64,000 nt of DNA from Bugula neritina. Taxonomy: Eukaryota > Animalia > Bryozoa. The notes under the pieces are model-generated. The model was not told where the DNA came from and made no database searches. It worked only from the letters and a program-made list of their open reading frames with translations. Position 1 is the stretch's first letter; the number at the start of each line of letters is the position of its first letter. Where the stretch lies: the NCBI GenBank assembly GCA_964035545.1, contig OZ037765.1, positions 28,953,504-29,017,503 on the forward strand, written 5' to 3'. The translations under genes were made by a program, and so were the position numbers. Shown piece after piece: positions 53,665-64,000 of the stretch.

Positions 53665-56600
53665 ATGGCAGCAGATATATATGGTGTGCTGAATAGCACT
53701 GAATTACCTTATGGTTGGGACTATGCTGTTACATCAGATGGCAGGGTGTTCTTTATAAAGTAAGTCAAACTCAAAGTAAAAAGAAGCATTGTGTATTATG
53801 TCATTTTGATTTTGATTGTGAAAGCAGAGTAACTACATAACGTTTGTGCAAGTGTTGCCATAACGTAAATAATTATGCTTATCAGATGAAATGAACTGAT
53901 TAACTTGTAGAGTTCTAGTTAATGACAACGAATCAATCATAACATTAACTGACTATAACTGAATCACTAAAACTAAAAGTAAGATAATAACTTATTATTC
54001 ATTCACACACATCAAAATATTATGTGTTGAGATTAATATATGATATTGAAATACATTTGAGTGTTGAGTACCTGTAGCCTAAGACCCGTTCTTATAATTC
54101 AATTTTAATTATTTTGTAAGTATGATCAATTAAAAGTTTGCCTTTACTTGCAATTGTCTCACTAATGTTTTGTTACTAGCACTTATACTATTTACTATTA
54201 TACCTCGTAGCAATACTGTAAAAAAAACTTTCAGCACATTTAAATATATTATTTATCAAAACTAATATAGACTAGGGCATGTGTTTCAACTAGAAACACA
54301 CATAGCAGAAGCTTTATGATATTTTGATTTAAAATATTTTCTGTTAGAATTAAATCGAGTAAAACGGTATAAAATATGTCAATATTTATATTTCAGCTAA
54401 CACCATAGCCATTTATCGAGTGATAAACTAAACTTTGGCTAATACTTTCATGTTGTTTCACACAAATTTTTTAGTCAACAGAATGGCATAAAAGTCAGCA
54501 ATATACTTGCATGGTTTAATGATCTGCTAAACTAAAAAAATAGCTATATATAACTGTGTGCGTGACCTATATTTTTCTGCTATCATTCCCAATAATATTG
54601 ATTATGTGGTCAAGATGCTATTTATTTCAATGTTCATTGACTTTTATGAATAAACAAAACATAAATTCTAAGAAATAAATTGTTATAATTGCACCTTTAA
54701 AGTCAATTATTAATCTCTGACACTTGAATAAAATAGACCCTGCAACTTATCACTGTTCAGATCATTGACTGTGCTATTATTAGTAAATATATCAATTTAC
54801 TGGAAATCAAGTATAATTATGCATAGTAATCAATATGAACTGCGAAATCATGGCCACTGAAAATGATAATCAGCCATTCACATTGAGCTTAGCCGTTGTG
54901 AATGTGATTAAGAAACCAAAATACAAAGAGGATAAAGATTATAAACCTTTATGTGTATATATAGAAAGCGTGTTAGTACTGTTCTAAAATGTTTTTTATT
55001 TGCCCTGGGTATCTCCGAAAATTGATTCATGAATATATATATTCATTTTTGAAGGACAAAATGTGATAAACAGTAAAGTGATGCCAGCATTATATATAGT
55101 TAAAATGATGTGATACTTAACAATTTCAGTAGTTATACTATTTCATCAATATATTTTTGTACATCATTATATCAGCTGTTTACACTTGCAACTTTTTATT
55201 TTTAATTTATTGGAATATTTTCAAGTCTACATGTTTCTAAAGTATCATTACCATCGCTAGGGCTGCCAACAATATAACATGCTTCACTTTGAATTGTTGT
55301 TTTATGTACCACAGCTGCTGTGCAGATACAAGTAAACATGTCTAATGTGCTAGTTAAAACATTTTGCTATCAGGATCAATATACGCAATTAGAAATTTTT
55401 TGTTTAAGCACATTTTTAGCTGCCAAATAACCAGTTTTTCTATTGATTTTGTTTCAGCGATTACGATAAAATAACAACATGGATTAGTCCAGTAACAGGT
55501 GAGCCCATTCAGAGTGGGCATTCTACAAATTTAGGTAAGTTATTCTTAGCATTAATCTTTTTATAGCTGTTTGAGTATAAATGCTTTATGGTGATACTAA
55601 TTTTAGCTTTTATATTAATGTGGATCTTTAGAGGTTTGTGAAGAATTTAGGCAATATGTCAAGTCTTTGGCAATCCAAAAATATAACAAGCTTAATGCTA
55701 CATGCAGCCTTGAGCTATACAAAAACTACCTCAAAGTTCATTAATGTGACCGGATAGGCAAAGCTCACGCACTTGGTCACCTTAGCTATCACATTGATCA
55801 GGTGGTTTTTCAACTACTAATTCCATTTGCTTTGTGATTACTCCAGGCTGAAGTTATGTGACTGCTAATGACTCTATGAGTGACCACAAAACAATTATAT
55901 TTTACACTGGAAATGTTGGATTAAAAAATAATAGGCTTTGTTTCATTCATTAAATACTGAACATTCCTTTACTGACCCACATAGCTGAAAGTTATAATAG
56001 AAGCTCTTGTCAGCCTGTACTTCTCAAGCTCAGCACTATACCCAGCTGATTTGACCTCAATTTTTCATTTACAATCTATATGTCAATAGATCACCCCATA
56101 ACTGCTAAAACATACGCACATTATCAGTTTGGTGCAACTAAAATTTTATGCTGAAGTTTCGTTTTACTGCTTTTCTATCTGACCAGTTTTCAACACATCT
56201 ACTCTGCTCTATCCACAACAACCTCTCCAGTATCACATGACTCACGTTAGATAAGTTAGTAATGTTGCTAAGTAGCAGATGTCAAGTTGACATGAATCAG
56301 TTTCTTGCCTACACACTTCTCCCTGACAAGTTGCATTAATTAAATTTGTAAAAACTTTATTTCACCAACATTTGTGATTTCAGTTTTTTGCTCCAGCTCC
56401 ACTCACTGAGCTGATTTATTTCTTTTGGTAACTTTGAGTCAAGTTTATGGTGAAGATGTTACTTTATCAACGTGGGGCATGCATGCATTAAAGCTAAGGA
56501 AACCTAGCGTTAACTGATGTCCATAGTATCTACATGATCAGCAGTATTAATTAATTACAATATGAATTTATAACATGCCTATTGACAGGGTTACCTAGAG

Positions 56601-59600
56601 GCTGGGAGGTGGGATACACTCCGGATGCTATCAAATACTTCATCAAGTAAGTGGATTTTTAAAATTATATATATATTTCTTTTTATTATAAGTATTTTTT
56701 ATGTTAATGGCGTGTTTAATTTAAAAACAAGGGCTTTCTTATTTTATGCTAAAAGTTAGTTGAATAGACACAGCAGTGACGAGAAGAAAATTGGCGGGAC
56801 CAAATTTCTCAGCTGATTTTGTAGACTATTTTATGTACTTGATATATTGTTTTTTTAATTTTCTAATCATCCAATTAGTGTGAAACTGAAGGTTTTTGTA
56901 GGAAATTTATGAAACCAGGGTTCTTACAAATTTCCTAAAAATTTTAAGGAATTCACAAAGAATGGGTTGTCACTTTAAAAGAGTGATTTTACATCCATTG
57001 GGTACTGAGTTTTCTCATTTCAGTGATGATTAATTAGGGTGGAGTTACGTTTATTTGATCATAAATGAGAAATGTAGTAATATATACATATATGCGATGT
57101 GTAGAATCCTCCACAAAATTCTATTAATCCAACACCTTTATGTAGCATTTGTAGCACTCATGCTACCATAGTCCACACTGCTACTGGGTTTATTTTAGAC
57201 GCTGAAATTTGGTTGGCTGCCCAGATATTATAGTTTCGCCTTTAGTTTTCTCTTGCTTCGTATACTTTGCAGTTACACTAGCCTAGCTGATTTTTTTTCT
57301 AAATAAAATGCATTATTTTATTTGAATGACTTTACAATTTCAATATGCAAAATGTAACAGATAGCCTGGTTTGAATATTTATTTACTGAATTATGTAATC
57401 ATGAATGAATCATGTAGAAGAACTTTGGCCACACCTACCCGTATCAATTACTTCATTTTTTAAATAAATTTGTTTGCCATGAATGTAGGTCATAGGGCAT
57501 ACTTTGCAACTAGCTGCTGGTATTTGTCTAGCTACTGGATGCCATCTTGGGGAGGGGTTTAGTTTTCTAGCCAATATTATTGGTCAATTTTCTTTGCCTG
57601 TTATACTGGTTGCTTGCAAATCCAACTTGCTATTTGTATGCTTGCTTTAAGACATATTGGTTAGAATTCTCCAACATCAGGTGTGTTTAATTTTCACTTT
57701 ATATAATATCATGATTTTAAGTTCTAAAAAAGATTTATTTATCTGGGTTTTGCATGATTAATTTCACAACTTAGCAGGTTGTTGTGTTGTATTTGTTCTA
57801 TCATTGCAAGGCAGATGGAATCATTATATAGCAACACCATTATTCTAATGCATGAAAAATATTATTAGATACTATAAAGTCTATTTATTACTCAAAATAT
57901 TCTGCAATACTTTTAAACTAGTTTTCAATTGGTCAAAGTTTTGTTAAGTGCCTGTGTATAACCCTGGGGAGATTATAGACATATTGCAGGTGGGTGACTA
58001 ACTTAGTAAGTAGTATAGCATTGTTATTCTATATCTCATAGTCCCTAGTGCATTACTTTCATCTACTTTCAACTGTTTTAGTCACAATGAGCGTCTTACT
58101 ACTTTTACTAATCCGATGACAGGAAAACAAGAAGCTATTAAGAATACCAGGTATTTTATGTTATAAGTTTCATTTGATTTATTTCTAAATTTATGATGCA
58201 AGATAATATTTTCGAACACAAATTATTCTCTCAAAGGTATGGCAAAAAATTGCTGAGATGACTATTAAAATTTTATTAAATGGTATAAAATGCTATACAA
58301 TAATGATCATAGCTATTTTTTGCGTTAAATTTTTTATTTTGAGTCAACTAATAGTTTGTAGACGACTAAAAGGAACCGCATTGTCAAATGCTAAAGTGCG
58401 TGTTCTAAGAATTTGTGCTGTAATGCATGCATAACAGTTGGAGTTGCTCTGTCAGTGAATTTTCCTCTCTAACTTAGATGTCACATTGTTGTGCTGCCAA
58501 GCCACTAACCTACTCTGCATTGTATGTGATGCTCTACTAACATTAAGATGTGTGTTGTATCAGGCTAAAAGGAGAGGGGGAGGGGCTTACACGCCCCTTC
58601 AAATCACGTATTGGTTCTGGGCACCAGTCTACATCTAACTCTGCTGATTCCCCTGCAGAGTTAAGTTTTAGCTCGAGTTCCAGGTAACATAGCTCTGCCC
58701 TGGTTGTGCTAGTGTAGAACTGACCCTGGAGTAGCCATTACTTAGTGAGAGGATATTATGACCCTCCATCTGACTTCTTGTAATGATATTGTCCTTGTTT
58801 CCATGTTCCTTGCCCTCGCCACTGTGTATAGTAGTGGCTAGTTAGAAGCTAGTACTGATAGTTGCTACTGCTGCTTGCACTGGTGTAGCTGGTGTTTCTG
58901 TTAGTAAATGGTTGTGGGCTGCAACATGATTTCTCCACCTTTTTAGTCTAATTTTCACATCTGTTCAGTATCCAATATTACTCAGTCTTTTCTAAATAAT
59001 GAGTATACTTTTAGGGAGTGTTTGTGAATACTTAAACCTGCTCAAGCTTATTGTCAAGTAAATTAAAAGCTATTTAGATATTCTCCTGCATTTAGCAAGG
59101 GTACAAAGTCATTAATTCATAGCTTTATTGAGATAAATATTTTTAGAGTTATCCATCTTGTTTAGATTGTAACCCAATTTATAACCTCCGTTGGTAAAAT
59201 TCAGCAATTTCCTTCCCCAGAAAGGGGTTGAAAGAAGTCTGAATCAACTGCTAATAGAGTTGAAGTATTACAACGCGCTTGATGCATATATATATTGTAC
59301 TACAGACTATAGACTCTTGCTGAACACTGTGGCATTGCAGTACTTATACTAGAGAGTACTATAAATCTGCCATGAGCTGAAAATTCTGCTAGTGGCAGTC
59401 AATCAAGCTATTTCTCTTTTATCTCTGTGTTATATGCTGTCACTATATTATATATTATATTTTATGCTTAACATTTTATGTGGTATCTGGGATGCTTAGC
59501 TTCCTCCCTATATGTGTAACCTTGACTTGCCATTTCAGACCTGCTGGGTACGAGGCCCCCTCAATGTCATCTGCTACGCCCCTCACAGTTGAGCATTCTA

Positions 59601-62600
59601 GCTTGGATCCCACTCACACTTACAAACCTGAAGAACTAACTTCTGCTGGTAAACCTATAACCACCAGCCCTAGTCGGTCTGGTGGCGAGCAGAGAAATGT
59701 AACTGATTATCCGTCAGCTACTGCTGCCCCTGACAATTCCCAGCGGCAGCAAGGTCGTCAAGCTGTTGGGTTGGTGTACGGCAGCAACTTGAATGAGTCG
59801 GACCCCCTGACAGAGTGAGCTGACACTACTACTACTACATGAGTGACTTCTGTGTTGCTGCATGGCTCTTTGTTTACAATGTACACTTGTTGCTGTTTAC
59901 TTTACCAGTTACCTGGTATTGCTGTTACATATTGTGTAATCCTGCAGTCAGCATACTTCTGTATAGCAGGTAAACCAACACAGCCTATTAAAAATTAGTT
60001 CCGAGTGGAGGGTTTGGAATTCTGAAACAGTTGAAAATTTAGTCACAGTCTCTCATTAAAATCATGTTTTATGAAAATTAAGAGTGGGTAGGATATAGAA
60101 GTCAAACGTAGACGCACTTAATTTTTTTCCTATCTAAAAATTAGGAGTACAAATTGTACTGACATATGCAGGATTACACTATGTGACGGAGGTGGTGCAT
60201 GAGGTGATAGAGTGGCTGTGTTTCATCGGTCTAAGTTGCTGCTTCACTGCTAGTATTTAACTTGCAAACATGAGATGATGCTATGAGCTGCTGTCAGGTT
60301 ATATCCCACAGGAAACTATGCTTCATATGCTGCTCAGTCAAATTTACAAATATTTAATGTATTTTTTTCCCTTTGAAAGTTGTATTGACTGCTGTTACAG
60401 GTGGTGGTGTTTTTAATATGTTGAGTTCAACGCTGCTTTGCACGGTCTCTGCTGCTTTAAACTGGAACATCTCTATATTTTACTTGCTTTGCATTTAGTT
60501 AGCTTTACTTTAGCTTCAGAACCTAAGTTGTCATGTAACCATGGACTCTGTTACAGCAACCCTTACAGCCCACAAGCTGCACAGTACAAGGCTAGCAAGC
60601 TAGATTCACAAGCTAATCCTAAGTTTCTTACAAATTCCCCAATCACTAGTAAATCAAAGTCAATGTAAGTGTGATTCAGTCAAGGACTGTTTGGGTCAGC
60701 TGATTATATGCACACACCTCCAAACACCTTCCTCTTTTGTGGAATTCATTTTGCATGTTTGTGTCATGAATCATAGCTTTAATAACACTGCATTGTTTAG
60801 TTACTTTTACCATAACATTCATCAGGAATTAGATTTACAGTAGTATTTACTGCATGTTGTAAAAGGTTTGGGGGTTTGGATTCTTCTGCACCTTGCAGCC
60901 TAATACTATGGTGTGAACATTTACCAGTACCAATAGTCCAGTAAATGTTCAAACTCTGTTGCAGGCAATTCTTCTTAGTATTGGAGTATTATATGCAAAT
61001 CAACATCTCTGTGTTTAAGGAAGCTTACCCTGGTATTTTCTATTATATAATACTGGACACCCAGTATAAAAAATGTTTCTCAGCGACAAGAATAATTGAT
61101 TGCATTAAAATTGTTTGAAATTATTATGTGGCACATAGTAGCCATTTTAATTATTGAATTAAATAAGAAATTGTGATTTTGTCTTGTTCAGAAATTTGAC
61201 AATGTATAAACTATGACGTAGAAGTTGGTAGAGGTGTTTGGTAGTTGTGCTCTCTTTTCACAGCTTATTAAGTAGTCATGAATAAATATGTAATCCATTA
61301 TATATTCCATAAACACCCACAGCATTGGAAAGCCAACTGTAAAAAGGAACTCAATAAAGCGCCAACCAACCAAGAAGAAGATGAGTGGGCCTCAGATACG
61401 GACACGCCCTTTGGATTCTCCAGTGTCAATGAAAGGATGGCTGTATAAGTTTGTGAGTCATTGTAGCTTGTAACGGTGTCAGCTAGTTGACCCAGTTTTA
61501 CTTAACCACCTGTTGTACTGTGTTTGCTAATTATTATATGACAGGTTGTTTCAGGTTTCCTAGCAAAAGTCACCAGCTGACTAATAAAACGCTATATTGA
61601 TTTTTATGGCATAATAATAGCAATGCTATCCTTGTTTTACTCATTATTTTCTCTTTATCTCAGTTGTTGTAAACAGACTTGGTTTATACTAAGTGATATA
61701 AAGTTACTAATAACAATTGCTTTATAATGTAATGTGATGCTTAGCCTTAGGGTTTGTATTTCTTTAACTGTTTGTATAGGAAAGCAATGCTGCTGGAGTG
61801 AGAAAGTGGAAACACAGGTTCTTTGTACTCCAAAACTTCTGTCTCTACACCTACAAAGGTTGGTCTACCTGCTCATATTAGCTACACAGGTCCTTTTTAT
61901 TGGTGTAGGATCAAGTTACTGTGTGTTCTAGTCTATCTGACTCATTCATTGCAAGCTCCGACAAGCATAAAATGTTTTTGTAGATTATAGAGTTATCTCA
62001 TCACTGTACTGTCTAGCTTGTCATATAATGTTATAGTTGATTGTTAAGTTTAATGCATGCCTCTTATGAAAATGTGTGGCATTATATCTCAAGTTATCTG
62101 CCAGAGAAGGGGGTGTGCCAGCTGGTTTGGATTTTGGCGCCTCCCTTGAAAATGATCACTGTATGAAGCATTCCATATTAATGCTGGGTTGAATGTGAAA
62201 CTTTGGCTTTTTCATCTGTATCAAATGTTATTGAATATCTTTGTCTGAAGTTGACAGTTATTAACTTTTTTCTTCTAGCACGTGTCAGCTTTGACCCTCA
62301 TATGTGTTAACTTTGATTCTCATATGTGTCAGCTTTGGCCCTCATGTGATTTGAGTTCTTTTGATGAGCTGATTGTGTATTCATTTGAAAAGTAGATATT
62401 TTATCACTGTCACTGATTATTACAATAAATTATTAGTAAGTGAGAGATTTATTTGTATTGCATCACATACATGTGAGAATGATAATAGTATGTTGATGTA
62501 GTGAAATAGAAATGTGATAGCAAAAGCATGTGGAGGGGTATTTGAACTAAGATATTAAGTAGTTAGTAGTTATTGGTTCACTATAATATTTAATTATGAA

Positions 62601-64000
62601 AAAACTAATATTGCAGCAATATGCAGTAGCATAATAATAGACTGCCTGTAAACTAACCAATGGCACGAGAGTATTGAAAAATTTGCTTTGCTTATCATTT
62701 ATTTATCATGTAAACAAAAAGTTGTTTGTAAGGTTAAGTTGCTATTGTTTCTTATTCTTTGACTTTTGGGTTGTTATAAATAGGATTGTTATCATAGAGA
62801 TGTCTGTCAATATTGGAGTTATGTTATCTTGACAAGATGACACATTGGAGTTATGCTATCATGTTGTATATTAATTTCCATATAACTGTTGATATGTTTA
62901 CCAGATGTAACGGAATCTGAGATTCTCGACTCCATCTTGCTGCCCAGCTACAAGATATCTCTGGACGCCAAGTACAACAAGGAGTTTGGGTTCAAGGCCG
63001 AACATGAGAATATGAAGACACACTACTTTGCTGCCGGTCACCTCGACAGCCTCAACTGCTGGGTCTCTGCTCTAAGGCTGGCATCTGCTATGCAGCGGGA
63101 CATCTAGTAGGTGTTTCATTTCTCATTCTCCATGTTATGGATACTCACTACTTTGTTCCTCTGCAGGGCTCGGCTACCTACAGTACTGTTGTGTCATCGG
63201 CATTAATACTTACTATATATCTTGCTGTGTATTAAAATAAATTAAGCTAAAAGAAAAAAAATGTCTCATGAAATATATCTATCTAAGTTATAATTATATA
63301 AGTTATATAATGATAGGCTGAGTAGTTTTTAAGTTGATGGAATACTTTGTAGTGCTGAACAAGAATATAACAGAACAGAAGGGGACGGCACCGACTCCCC
63401 CGCAGTCAGCTCCCCGTATCATGATTGTGGCTCCAGAAACAAGGTTCCCACTTCACCACTTTCTCAGCAGACTAAAGGCAGACCCTCGTCACTAGGTTAC
63501 CGCCAGCCTTCCTCTAACACTCGTCAGGCTGAGCCATCTTGGCAGGTCTCCAGTCCCAGTCGCTATGACGCTGACTGGAAGGTGAGAGATGAGCATGATG
63601 CATGGAATAGTAGTGGTTATGTAGAGAGGTCCTATACCCCACCCTTACCAACGTCGTATAACCCTCACTATAACAACTATGACTATCAAGACCAGTCCCT
63701 CAATATTCCTCAGTCACCACCTCCACCTGCCTCGCACTATAGAACTAACAACTATGACTACCACGAGAATGTCGAGTATACCGACTCGTACCACCAATCT
63801 GCTGCTCCCCAAGTCTCCTACCAATCTGACTATGTCAGGGCTAACGGCAGCTCTATGGACTACACTCACCAACCACCATTTGAACCTCCAGCTGTTAGGG
63901 GTCACTCAGTGCTGATGCCGCCATACAATGCTGCCTCTCCACCTGTACATGCATCTGTAGGCAGTAGTGTAGTGCATAGAAATGCTCACCACTATAGTGA
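53665..64000 (+). CDS. WW-WW-PH domain protein, PLEKHA5/6/7 family (5' part, continues beyond window)
   Basis: Exons 53665-53759, 55458-55534, 56589-56646, 58082-58150, 58564-58683, 59539-59814, 60557-60664, 61323-61452, 61780-61858, 62905-63106, 63353->64000. WW1: MAAD...LPYGWDYAVTSDGRVFFIN...TTWISPVTG. WW2: LPRGWEVGYTPDAIKYFINHNERLTTFTNPMTG. PH: VSMKGWLYK...WKHRFFVLQNFCLYTYK...ILDSILLPSYKI...FKAEHENMKTHYFAA...W. Confidence 0.92.

Noticed and set aside
63679-63915. ORFs 63679-63915 (+) and 63714-63905 (-)
   Set aside because: Alternative frames of the long PLEKHA-like exon that starts at 63353 and stays open to the window end.
1-64000. tRNA, rRNA, U12-type introns, autonomous transposases
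   Set aside because: None recognised by eye; all modelled introns are GT-AG with U2-type donors. tRNAscan-SE and RepeatMasker would be needed to exclude them formally.

Overview
AT-rich, intron-dense eukaryotic DNA from a compact invertebrate animal genome. This taxon call is inference: the window carries single pre-vertebrate-duplication orthologues and nucleoside hydrolases, which mammals lack. Manual GT-AG splicing gives seven protein-coding genes: two tandem nucleoside hydrolase paralogues (-; one complete, one running off the window start), a P4-ATPase flippase ATP9 (+, 24 exons), gamma-secretase subunit APH1 (-, 6 exons), TAO kinase (+, 17 exons), importin-7/8 (-, 23 exons) and the 5' part of a WW-WW-PH PLEKHA5/6/7-like gene (+). 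They form three head-to-head pairs. Features the ORF track misses: (i) a 3-exon gene between TAO and IPO7 encoding an unrecognised 110-aa two-transmembrane protein; (ii) two paralogous H/ACA snoRNA-like RNAs in IPO7 introns with a shared 3' guide pocket but divergent 5' pockets; (iii) a catalytic Asp->Asn change in one hydrolase copy; (iv) MITEs, one with a perfect 9-bp TSD, and several intronic minisatellites. No tRNA, rRNA or CRISPR features were seen. All exon coordinates were read by eye and no database searches were run.
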